From a virus (lineage: Duplodnaviria; Caudoviricetes): a DNA stretch of 42,715 bases. This document shows, one piece after another, positions 34,480 to 42,707 of the stretch. Location: positions 1-42,715 of IMG/VR virus record IMGVR_UViG_3300049982_000141. The stretch is one strand, 5' to 3'. A program made the position numbers and the translations under genes. Within the stretch, counting starts at the first letter, position 1. The number at the start of each line of letters is the position of its first letter. The notes beneath the pieces were generated by a model, which was given only the letters and a program-made list of their open reading frames with translations, did not search any database and was not told the DNA's origin.

Positions 34480-34656
34480 TCAGTACACCTTGATCGTTAC
34501 CGTGTCGCCGCGCCGATTCTGAATCCGGCTCTGATTCCGGGCTAGCGCTACCTCCTGCTCGTGCATCTCGTAGAGCTTGGTGACCCTGGTCCCGCCCTTT
34601 CCCTCGCGGGTGATCTTCATGTCGTACCGGGCCATTCCGTCCGCGTCGATTATCAT
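34480..34656 (-). CDS. small hypothetical protein (58 aa, probably leaderless, not in ORF track)
   Basis: MIIDADGMARYDMKITREGKGGTRVTKLYEMHEQEVALARNQSRIQNRRGDTVTIKVY; TTGACT-17-TAGACT 6 nt upstream. Confidence 0.6.
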   Translation of the reverse strand: MIIDADGMARYDMKITREGKGGTRVTKLYEMHEQEVALARNQSRIQNRRGDTVTIKVY

Positions 34657-34662
34657 ACTGTA

Positions 34663-34788
34663 AGTCTAGCGCGCATCAGTTGGGAAGTCAACTGGTGCGC
34701 GCAGGTGGCTTCAAGATTTTTTGGGCATCGCTGAGAGCGCTCTCTCGTCAGCCATGGGATAGACAGTCCAGATGTAAACTGGTAGGCT
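34663..34788. promoter_or_regulatory. divergent promoters with operator-like motifs 8 and 9
   Basis: leftward TTGACT-17-TAGACT (34691-34663); rightward TAGACA-17-TAGGCT (34760-34788); motifs at 34677-34694 and 34764-34781. Confidence 0.6.
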
Positions 34789-34794
34789 GAGGGT

Positions 34795-34971
34795 ATGAAT
34801 CCGCTCAAGGGCAAGATCAGCGACCGTATCCGTAGCGGCAAACTACCGAAGGATGTCAAGGTCAACTACGAGCGCGGCACCGACCCGCCGGCCACCAGCT
34901 CGGTACGTCACGGCAGCGGCCAGGGGCTCGGCCAGGGCGCGACACGCGCCCGCGGTACGGGCAACGCGTGA
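34795..34971 (+). CDS. small basic protein (58 aa, probably leaderless, not in ORF track)
   Basis: MNPLKGKISDRIRSGKLPKDVKVNYERG...; GTGA-coupled to the terminase. Confidence 0.5.
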   Translation: MNPLKGKISDRIRSGKLPKDVKVNYERGTDPPATSSVRHGSGQGLGQGATRARGTGNA

Positions 34972-36341
34972 CCGCTGACGTCATCGAGCGTCGCGTCCAG
35001 CTCCGGGGCGCGGCGCTCGCCGTCATGTCCCGACGCGAGAAGGAGGTGCTAGTCGCCGGCCCCGCCGGCACCGGCAAGAGCTACGCCTGCCTCCAGAAGA
35101 TTCACCTGATGATGCTCAGCACGCCCGGCGCCAAAGCGCTGCTGGTGCGCAAGACACATGTCTCGCTGACCGCTACCGGCCTGGCCACCTTCCGCGACCA
35201 CGTCATCCCGGAGGCGCTCACCGCCGGCTTCGTGAAGTGGTACGGCGGCAGCGGTGAGAAGCCGCCTGGCTACATGTACTCCAACGGCAGTACCGTCAGC
35301 GTCGGCGGCATGGACAACCCCACCAAGATCATGTCCAGTGAGTACGACATCATCTACGTACAGGAGGCCACCGAGTTCACCCCGGACGACTGGGAGAAAT
35401 GCACCACCCGGCTGCGTAACGGCAAGGTGTCCTTTCAGCAACTCCTGGCCGACTGCAACCCGGAGGGCCCGGACCACTGGCTCAAGCTGCGCTGCGACAA
35501 GGGTCAGACGGTGATGCTGTACGCCCTGCACACCGACAACCCCAAGCTGTTCGTCGACCCACAGACGCCCACCGAGAAAGGCGCCGCGTACCTCGACACG
35601 CTGAGCCGGCTCACCGGGGTACGCCGGCAGCGCCTCTACGGCGGCCAGTGGGCAGCGGCCGAGGGCGTCATCTACGAGAAGTGGAACCCGGCCGTCCACG
35701 TCATCGAGCGCAAGCGTCTGCCCTTCGAGTGGATCCGGCTCTGGGGTATCGACTTCGGCTACACAAACCCGTTCGTCTGGCAGATGTGGGCCATCGACCC
35801 CGACGGCCGGCTCATCCTGGAGAAGGAGATCTACCGCTCGCAGCGCATCGTCGCGGACCATGCGCAGCAGATCCTCCAGGTGGTAATCCACAACAAGGCG
35901 CGCACGTTGAAGCCGGACGGCTCGATCGACCCGGACAACTCGCAGTGGTTGTACCCGCGGCCACTCAAGATCATCTGTGACCACGATGCCGAAGACCGGG
36001 CCACCCTCGAACGCGAGCTCGGCATGGGCACGACGCCGGCTAAGAAGACTGTCAGCGACGGGCTTCAGGCGATGATGCAGCGGCTCGAGGTGCAGCCTGA
36101 CGGGCGCCCGCGGCTCGAGGTGTGCCGTACCTCGCTGGTCGATCGGGACGAGTCGCTTGCTGAACGGGGTCTGCCGCTGGGCTTCCAGGGGGAGATCCCG
36201 GGCTACGTCTGGGAGACTAGCGCGGACGGTAAGCCGAGCAAGGATCGGCCGCTGAAGCTCAATGACCACAGCATGGACACCGCGCGCTACATCTGCGCCG
36301 ACCAGGACCTCACCCCGTCTCCGAACGTCCGCTGGCTCTAG
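34968..36341 (+). CDS. terL: terminase large subunit
   Basis: GPAGTGKS Walker A, YVQEATE Walker B, DCNP, GIDFGYTNP, NDHSMDTARY nuclease motifs. Confidence 0.92.
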   Translation: MTADVIERRVQLRGAALAVMSRREKEVLVAGPAGTGKSYACLQKIHLMMLSTPGAKALLVRKTHVSLTATGLATFRDHVIPEALTAGFVKWYGGSGEKPPGYMYSNGSTVSVGGMDNPTKIMSSEYDIIYVQEATEFTPDDWEKCTTRLRNGKVSFQQLLADCNPEGPDHWLKLRCDKGQTVMLYALHTDNPKLFVDPQTPTEKGAAYLDTLSRLTGVRRQRLYGGQWAAAEGVIYEKWNPAVHVIERKRLPFEWIRLWGIDFGYTNPFVWQMWAIDPDGRLILEKEIYRSQRIVADHAQQILQVVIHNKARTLKPDGSIDPDNSQWLYPRPLKIICDHDAEDRATLERELGMGTTPAKKTVSDGLQAMMQRLEVQPDGRPRLEVCRTSLVDRDESLAERGLPLGFQGEIPGYVWETSADGKPSKDRPLKLNDHSMDTARYICADQDLTPSPNVRWL

Positions 36342-36367
36342 ACAGTGCGGATGTGAACTGATAGGGT
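36339..36367 (+). promoter_or_regulatory. promoter with operator-like motif 10
   Basis: TAGACA-17-TAGGGT; CAGTGCGGATGTGAACTG at 36343-36360. Confidence 0.55.
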
Positions 36368-36389
36368 TGCAGTATGAGGCGGGAGGTTG

Positions 36390-36569
36390 ATGAAACGGAT
36401 GCCGATGGACGTATACAAACCAAGCCCGCTCGGCCTACAGGCGATTGAACTATTGGAGGTGGCCCTCGGCCAGATTAGAGACGGTGAAGACGCACTACCT
36501 ACCATCAGCGCCGCAGACGCGACGTTAAGAGTGGAGTGCGGCGAACTAAGCCCGGATGAAATCACGTGA
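36390..36569 (+). CDS. hypothetical protein
   Basis: GGGAGG RBS; exact start uncertain. Confidence 0.5.
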   Translation: MKRMPMDVYKPSPLGLQAIELLEVALGQIRDGEDALPTISAADATLRVECGELSPDEIT

Positions 36570-36586
36570 CAAAGGAAGGGAGTGGA

Positions 36587-36796
36587 ATGTCACAGGAATT
36601 CGATCACGACGTGACGCTGAAGCAGGCATTGCCCGTTGAGAATTCGATGGAGCGGCGCGCGGTTGCGCTGAGGTTTGCCATCGAAACGAAGGGGGTTGCT
36701 TTCTCGCTGAAGAACGACGGCAGCATCCAAGAGTCGGCGGAACAAGTGCTCGCCGCGGCCAGGATCTACCAGGCGTACATCGAGGGAGACCTGTAG
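36587..36796 (+). CDS. hypothetical protein
   Basis: GGGAG RBS; RAVALRFAI...VLAAARIY.AYIEG. Confidence 0.6.
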   Translation: MSQEFDHDVTLKQALPVENSMERRAVALRFAIETKGVAFSLKNDGSIQESAEQVLAAARIYQAYIEGDL

Positions 36797-36981
36797 TGGG
36801 TAGGGACGTCAACGATATTCCGTGGCCTAAGAAACGCCCGAAGCGGAAGAAGCAGAAGAAGTCCTCAGGCGGGGGCAACGGCACGACGGTCGGCATGGCG
36901 ATCCTCGCCTTCATCGCCCTACCCGCCGGCCTCGTGCTCGGCCTGACGCTGTTCATCGCGCACGGGTACGGGCTGATCTGA
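36796..36981 (+). CDS. small membrane protein with basic N-terminus
   Basis: KKRPKRKKQKK followed by a hydrophobic helix. Confidence 0.6.
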   Translation: MGRDVNDIPWPKKRPKRKKQKKSSGGGNGTTVGMAILAFIALPAGLVLGLTLFIAHGYGLI

Positions 36982-37139
36982 TGGGCTGGGAAGGTAGGGC
37001 GCTGACGATCACGGCGGCACTCAGCAATCACAACAGCGAACAGGACGTCATCGATGAGCAGCTGTGGGAGGATCTGAAGCGTCGCATTGAAGCCCTGCTC
37101 AGCGAAGAGAAGTACAAGCCGATCTCACCCATGAGTTAG
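36981..37139 (+). CDS. hypothetical protein (52 aa, not in ORF track)
   Basis: TGATG coupling; MGWEGRALTITAALSNHNSEQDVIDEQLWEDLKRRIEALL... Confidence 0.55.
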   Translation: MGWEGRALTITAALSNHNSEQDVIDEQLWEDLKRRIEALLSEEKYKPISPMS

Positions 37140-37158
37140 GCAACTTAACAGTAAGGGG

Positions 37159-37956
37159 ATGCGCATGCGTAAGAAGTTCGTCTCGCTGCTCGCTACGTTC
37201 GGTCTGATCGTGGCCGGCCTTGTCGTCACCGCCAGTCCCGCGCAGGCGGCGGCCTGCACGCCGAACGCCTGCTACGTCTACACCGGGTTCCGGCAGACCG
37301 TCGACTTCGACGGCATCGGGTTCCTGCTCAGTAAGGAGACGCCGGCCGTCGACACCAAGACGTGGCACTCCCTGGCCGAGCTGTCCGTCCACGACGCCAG
37401 CGGCAACAACACGGTGGAGATCGGCTGGACCCGGGACCCGCTGGTCTGCGCCGCGGGCGTCACGGTCTGCGTGTTCATGGGCAACTGGGTGGCCGGCACG
37501 TTTGGCTGCTACAACGGCTGCGGCGCGGTCAATGCGGCTGGCTGCTCGCCGTACTGTCTGGGCGCCTCGCTGGACGGCATCGCGAACGGCACGTCGAAGA
37601 ACTTCGCTCTTCAGCACATCTGCACCCCGACGTGTAGCTGGTGGGGTGGCGTGGACGGCGTGTGGCGCTTCTCGATCCCGGACAGCGATTGGGGCGTGAA
37701 CGCCTTCACGGTCGGTAAGAAGTGGCAGATCTTCGGCGAGATCGCCGAGAAGGACACCACCACCTGCGCGGACATGATGAACGGCGTCCTGCCGACCGGG
37801 AGCCCCACGTTCCTGGGCGGCAAGGCGAACAGCATGACCATGGTCAACCCCTCGGCCGCCCTGGCGCCCACCACCTTCAGCAGCGACGTGACCAAGTGGA
37901 ACGCGCTCATGGTAACCGGCACCTCTGGCCGGTTCGGTGGCCCCGGCAACTGCTAG
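37159..37956 (+). CDS. secreted neprosin-like glutamic peptidase domain protein
   Basis: signal peptide ending SPAQA; HSLAEL.V...VEIGW, CYNGCG, WW, WQIFGEI, C.DM.NG motifs; start may be 37165. Confidence 0.7.
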   Translation: MRMRKKFVSLLATFGLIVAGLVVTASPAQAAACTPNACYVYTGFRQTVDFDGIGFLLSKETPAVDTKTWHSLAELSVHDASGNNTVEIGWTRDPLVCAAGVTVCVFMGNWVAGTFGCYNGCGAVNAAGCSPYCLGASLDGIANGTSKNFALQHICTPTCSWWGGVDGVWRFSIPDSDWGVNAFTVGKKWQIFGEIAEKDTTTCADMMNGVLPTGSPTFLGGKANSMTMVNPSAALAPTTFSSDVTKWNALMVTGTSGRFGGPGNC

Positions 37957-37981
37957 GCTGACCTGAACTGCTCAGCTCTGC

Positions 37982-38019
37982 GCATAAGCGCCCGGTACTT
38001 CGGTATCGGGCGCTTATGC
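37982..38019 (+). terminator. 17-bp stem with UUCG tetraloop
   Basis: GCATAAGCGCCCGGTAC-TTCG-GTATCGGGCGCTTATGC (one G-U pair). Confidence 0.75.
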
Positions 38020-38595
38020 TACAAGTAGATTACCAACCCCGCGTAATTACACGCATAATCGGGATATGTCAAGGGGTGGATTAGGGCAGTGTCTTTACCA
38101 TTCGCCGCGTGTCCGCGGTCTAGTTCCTGATCTAGAAAGAGCAGTACCGAAGAGAGTGGGTTGTTGATCATGGCCGACCAGGCCCTGGTGGGCGATGTGG
38201 AACAGTGGGTACGTGGTCGCTGGGTGGTGGTGCTGGCCGGCGGCAAGGTCCCTACCAACGATCGGCGTTTCATCAGAGGCGGTCCCGTGCGTCCAGCCGA
38301 TCGGTGGTCGATGCGTCCTGGTGGCCGCATCGTGCCCTCGGCTGGCGGCATGTGATAGCTAGCTGGGCAGGGGGATCCGATACCCAATGACGTGCGTTGC
38401 GGGCCAGGGTGCTGCGCCTGGATCTCCCTGCCCAGCTGCGTCCGTTGTGCCAGATCGGTACCGCTGGGATGTGTACTTCGGTATCGGGCGCTTCTGCTGT
38501 ACGCTCGCGATCGAGGCAGAATGATCACGAGCGGTCGTGATCTGAAACGGGCACCGTAATGCGCCGATCTCCTCGCTTAAGCGGACGGGGATGGC

Positions 38596-38769
38596 GTGAA
38601 CTGGAATAAGCTGGCAGCGATGCGCACCCTGCTGCTGACGCTGTTCGGGTTCCTCGCCGTGGCGGGTGGCGTTTTTCTGATCTACGTTCCCGCCGGCCTG
38701 ATCACTCTCGGCGTGGCGCTCGCACTGTTCGCCTATCTGACCGATACCGGACAGCCGGTACGCCGATGA
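38596..38769 (+). CDS. two-TM membrane protein upstream of portal (57 aa, not in ORF track)
   Basis: LLLTLFGFLAVAGGVFLIYVPAGLITLGVALALFAYL. Confidence 0.65.
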   Translation: MNWNKLAAMRTLLLTLFGFLAVAGGVFLIYVPAGLITLGVALALFAYLTDTGQPVRR

Positions 38770-38933
38770 CCACCGAACAGCGCGTAGCCGTATACGGTGG
38801 ATTCGACCGCCTCACACCACGGCAGCGCAGGCGCGCGGCCAAAAAGGACCGCCAGGCGAAGCAGCGCCCCGCAGCCTACGTGCAGACCTCGTCGGACCGT
38901 TGGGCGTTCCTGGACGCGCGGTACTCCGGATGA
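38766..38933 (+). CDS. small basic protein (55 aa, not in ORF track)
   Basis: ATGA coupling at both ends; LTPRQRRRAAKK. Confidence 0.55.
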   Translation: MTTEQRVAVYGGFDRLTPRQRRRAAKKDRQAKQRPAAYVQTSSDRWAFLDARYSG

Positions 38934-40195
38934 GCCTGCGTGGATCGCTGATCCGAAACCAGTCACCCGTACCACTCGCCCCGCGCGCCACCCCGCAGTA
39001 CTCGATGTGGAGCCGGCGACGCAGCACCGACGACGTCCTGCTCCAGACGTACGAAGCGGTCGGTACCGTCTTCGCTGTCGTCCACTCCCTGGCCGTAGCT
39101 ACCTCCAAGCTGGACTGGCACCTCTACCGCACCGCAGCGTCCGGGCTGAAGGAAGACCGGACCGAAGTCACCAAACACGCCGCAGTCGATCTATGGAACA
39201 TGCCCAATCCGGCAATGCCCCGGCGCCGCTTCATGGAGACGGCACAGCAGCACATCGACCTGACTGGTGAGTCCGACGTCCTGGCCAGCACGGTGAGCAT
39301 GGGCGGAAAGAACGTCCCCCTCGAGCTGTGGCCGATGCGCCCCGACCGGATCCAGCCCGTGCCAGACCCGTACGAGTTCCTCTCCGGCTACCTCTACACG
39401 TCGCCGGATGGCGAGATCATCCCCCTCGAGCTGCACGAGTGCCTGCCGATCCTGATGCCCAACCCGCGTAACCCGTATCGCGGACTCGGCCCCATCCAGT
39501 CCATTCTCTCCGTCATCGAGTCAACCAAAGCGGCAGACGAATGGGACCGGGCGTTCTTCGAGAACAGCGCCGAACCGGGCGGCATCATCGAGGTACCCAC
39601 CCAGCTCTCCGATCCCCAGTTTGACCAGTTGCGTGACCGTTGGAGCGCCACGCACCGCGGCGTCAGCAAGGCGCACCGGGTCGCCATCCTCGAGTCGGGG
39701 ATGAAGTGGGTCGACCGTTCCTACACACAACGCGACATGCAGCACGCTGAGCTGCGCACCGTTAAGCGAGACACCATTCTCGAAGCGTTCGGCTACCCCA
39801 AGCCGATGCTCGGTATCACCGAAGACGTCAACCGGGCAAACGCCGAAGCGGCCGAGTACGTCTTCAGTAAGTGGCTGATCAGCGAGCGCGCCGATCGGTG
39901 GCGCGACTGGTTGAACTTCCAGCTGCTCCCGCTGTACGGCAGCACCGGCCAGGGGCTCGAGTGGGACTACGACTCCCCCGTCAGCGAGAACAGCGACACC
40001 GCGAACAAGGCGATCACGGCCAGGAGTACGGCGCTGGTGGCCATGGCCGCCGCCGGCTTCGACGCGACCGAAACGCAGCAGTGGTTGGACGTGCCGGAGA
40101 TTCCTTACGAGAAGCCGGCCGTTGCACCTATCATGGCGCCAGTCGCGCCGCAAGATCCAGGAGTGGACAGTGGCGAAAAGGTGGGTGGCGAATGA
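38930..40195 (+). CDS. portal protein (HK97 family)
   Basis: LW..PNP, ELWPMRPDRI, YRGLGPI, FFENSAEPGGII, ILESGMKW, NRANAE. Confidence 0.9.
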   Translation: MSLRGSLIRNQSPVPLAPRATPQYSMWSRRRSTDDVLLQTYEAVGTVFAVVHSLAVATSKLDWHLYRTAASGLKEDRTEVTKHAAVDLWNMPNPAMPRRRFMETAQQHIDLTGESDVLASTVSMGGKNVPLELWPMRPDRIQPVPDPYEFLSGYLYTSPDGEIIPLELHECLPILMPNPRNPYRGLGPIQSILSVIESTKAADEWDRAFFENSAEPGGIIEVPTQLSDPQFDQLRDRWSATHRGVSKAHRVAILESGMKWVDRSYTQRDMQHAELRTVKRDTILEAFGYPKPMLGITEDVNRANAEAAEYVFSKWLISERADRWRDWLNFQLLPLYGSTGQGLEWDYDSPVSENSDTANKAITARSTALVAMAAAGFDATETQQWLDVPEIPYEKPAVAPIMAPVAPQDPGVDSGEKVGGE

Positions 40196-41285
40196 AGAAG
40201 ACGACGACTCCACCTGTGAACCCTGCGACGGAATCGACGGAACCGTCTACCGAAACAGAGCAGACGCCTACGCCGACTACCCCGGTGGAGTCGGTTACAA
40301 GGACTGCGTCGGAGCACAGTACGGGAATGCGTGTCGTGGGAAGGTACAGAAGCGCAGGGGCAGCGAGAGGACCGATCAGGGGATGACCGACACCCGACTG
40401 CTCGCAGAGTTCCGGACCCGGCTCCAGGAGCGCGCCGCTCTTCAGCCCGTGCTGGCCGGCCAGGAGCCTGCCGCGAAGACGCGCAAGCCCGGTGCCGACT
40501 GGTTCCGGATCGAGAACCTGTCCGCCGAAGAGGCTTCGATCTACATCTACGACGAGATCGGTTTCTGGGGCACTACCGCGCAGGGCTTCGTCGACCAGCT
40601 GAACGCGGTCACCACCCCCAAGATCACCGTGTACCTCAACTCGCCCGGCGGTGAGGTGTTCGACGGGCTGGCCATCCACTCCGCCCTGGCCGCGAGCAAG
40701 GCCCACGTCACCACCTGGATCACTGGCATCGCCGCCAGTATGGCTTCGGTCATCGCGATGGCCGGCGACACGATCAAAATCAGTCGCAACGCCATGATGA
40801 TGTGCCACTCCGCTTCCGGCATGGCCTGGGGTAACGCCACCACGATGCGTGCTGAGGCTGAGCTGCTGGACAAGGTCACGCACAACATCGCGGACATGTA
40901 CGCCATGCAGACCGGCGGCACCGCAGACGAGTGGTTCGCGCTGATCGAGAACAGCGAACTGTGGTACACCGGCCAGGAGGCACTCGCCGCCGGCCTCGTA
41001 GACGAGATCACCGACCCGGACGAGACCGACCCAGCCGAGCCCACGACCAACCGCCTGTCCCTGGCTGCGTTCAACTACGCCGGCCGCGCGGATGCCCCGG
41101 CTCCTGCGGAGCCCCCACAGTCACCTCCACCGCAGGAGCCGGCCCCCGCTTCCGAACCGGCTCCTGCTCCCGAGTCGGCACCAGTTCACGAGCCGGCGAA
41201 ACCGGCGGGCGCTCCGCCGATCGACGCGCTCCCCCGTTCCCACGACCAGGCCATGCATCTGCTGGCCGCTCTACTGAAGGGCTAG
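40170..41285 (+). CDS. ClpP-type capsid maturation protease with N-terminal Cys-rich extension
   Basis: YIYDEIG, LNSPGGEVFDG, GIAASMAS, MMMCH, GLVDEI; GGAG RBS before GTG 40170; alternative ATG 40383. Confidence 0.85.
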   Translation: MAKRWVANEEDDDSTCEPCDGIDGTVYRNRADAYADYPGGVGYKDCVGAQYGNACRGKVQKRRGSERTDQGMTDTRLLAEFRTRLQERAALQPVLAGQEPAAKTRKPGADWFRIENLSAEEASIYIYDEIGFWGTTAQGFVDQLNAVTTPKITVYLNSPGGEVFDGLAIHSALAASKAHVTTWITGIAASMASVIAMAGDTIKISRNAMMMCHSASGMAWGNATTMRAEAELLDKVTHNIADMYAMQTGGTADEWFALIENSELWYTGQEALAAGLVDEITDPDETDPAEPTTNRLSLAAFNYAGRADAPAPAEPPQSPPPQEPAPASEPAPAPESAPVHEPAKPAGAPPIDALPRSHDQAMHLLAALLKG

Positions 41286-41291
41286 GCCAGC

Positions 41292-42662
41292 ATGGCAGCA
41301 CCGGTTATCCCCACGACCAGCGAAGAGCTGGCAGAGTTCATCGTCGACCGCAAGAAAATGGGCGAGGTCTTCAACAACGAGGACCCGACCGTCCTGCCGA
41401 CCTTCCTGAACGCGTACGCCCGGGCGACGCACAAGGCGGACCCCGAGATTCTGCGCAACCTGGAAGAGCAGAACGAGCGTCAGCTCACCGCGTGGCTCAA
41501 GGAACACCAGACCGCGCTGAAGCGCCCCGACATGCGCCCGGCCAGCACCACAGACCTGCGCAACTCCCGGCAGACCGGCAACGCGTTTATGCCGGAGACC
41601 CCCGGCAAGGCGCTGAACGGCAAGTTCGCGACGATCATGGACTTCCTGGGCGCCGTAGGCGGCGACCCCCGGGACGCCGACATTGCCGAGCAGCGCAAGC
41701 TGATCAAGAACGCGATGTCGTCGACCGACCCGTCCAGCGGCGGTTTCCTCGTTCCCGAGGAATACCGCACCGAGATGCTCCAGCTGGCGCTGTCGGAGTC
41801 GGTGGTCCGCTCCCGCGCCACGGTCATCCCGATGACCACGCTGCGGGTGGCGATCCCGACGGTCGACTCCACCAGCAATGCCTCGTCGGTCTACGGCGGC
41901 ATCGTCGGCTACTGGACGGAAGAAGGCGCCGCGCTGGTGCAGAGCCAGCCCCGGTTCGGCCGGGTGGCGCTCGAGGCGAAGAAGCTCACCGCCTACACCG
42001 AGATCCCGAACGAACTGATCACGGACTCCAACCCGTCCGCGGAGGCGTTCGTCCGGCAGACCTTCCCGGGCGCGATCGCCTGGTTTGAGGACATCGCCTT
42101 CCTGACCGGCACCGGCGTGGGTGAGCCGCTTGGCGTGTTCAACCCGCTGAACAGCGCGATCATCGCGCAGGCGAAGGAAACCGGCCAGGCCACCACGACC
42201 ATTCTGTGGGAGAACCTGGTCGGCATGTACGCCCGGATGCTGCCCTCCTCGCTGAACAACGCGGTGTGGGTGGTGGCGCCGGACGCGCTCCCGCAGCTGA
42301 TGACCACGGCACTGAGCGTGGGCACCGGCGGCGCGCCGATCGGCATGGCCAACTTCGACGGCCAGTCCGGCCCCACGATGAGCCTGCTCGGCCGGCCCGT
42401 CATCATCAGCGAGAAGGTCAATGCCACCGCCAACTCGGCCACCTCGGGTGGGGACGTCAACTTCGTCGACTTCCGCCAGTACCTCGTGGGTGACCGGATG
42501 AGCATGAGCGCTGAGCTGTCCACCGACTACAAGTTCGCCAACGACGTTACCGCGTTCCGCTTCATCGAGCGTGTCGACGGCCGGCCGTGGATGCAGTCCG
42601 CGATCACCCCCAAGAACGGTGGGCCCACCCTCTCCGCGTACGTGCAGCTCGGCGTCCGCTGA
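41292..42662 (+). CDS. major capsid protein (HK97 fold)
   Basis: GGFLVPEE, WTEEG, ELITDS, GTGVGEPLG, LLGRPV, FRFIERVDG. Confidence 0.92.
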   Translation: MAAPVIPTTSEELAEFIVDRKKMGEVFNNEDPTVLPTFLNAYARATHKADPEILRNLEEQNERQLTAWLKEHQTALKRPDMRPASTTDLRNSRQTGNAFMPETPGKALNGKFATIMDFLGAVGGDPRDADIAEQRKLIKNAMSSTDPSSGGFLVPEEYRTEMLQLALSESVVRSRATVIPMTTLRVAIPTVDSTSNASSVYGGIVGYWTEEGAALVQSQPRFGRVALEAKKLTAYTEIPNELITDSNPSAEAFVRQTFPGAIAWFEDIAFLTGTGVGEPLGVFNPLNSAIIAQAKETGQATTTILWENLVGMYARMLPSSLNNAVWVVAPDALPQLMTTALSVGTGGAPIGMANFDGQSGPTMSLLGRPVIISEKVNATANSATSGGDVNFVDFRQYLVGDRMSMSAELSTDYKFANDVTAFRFIERVDGRPWMQSAITPKNGGPTLSAYVQLGVR

Positions 42663-42673
42663 TCTACCCGATC

Positions 42674-42701
42674 GAGCCCGCGGTTCCGCCGCCGCGGGCT
42701 C
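42674..42701 (+). terminator. hairpin after the capsid gene
   Basis: GAGCCCGCGG / CCGCGGGCTC 10-bp stem. Confidence 0.55.
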
Positions 42702-42707
42702 TCAGGG

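Noticed and set aside
38019-38528. 169-aa minus ORF and 64-aa plus ORF (38161-38355)
   Set aside because: No recognisable motifs and weak codon bias; left unannotated
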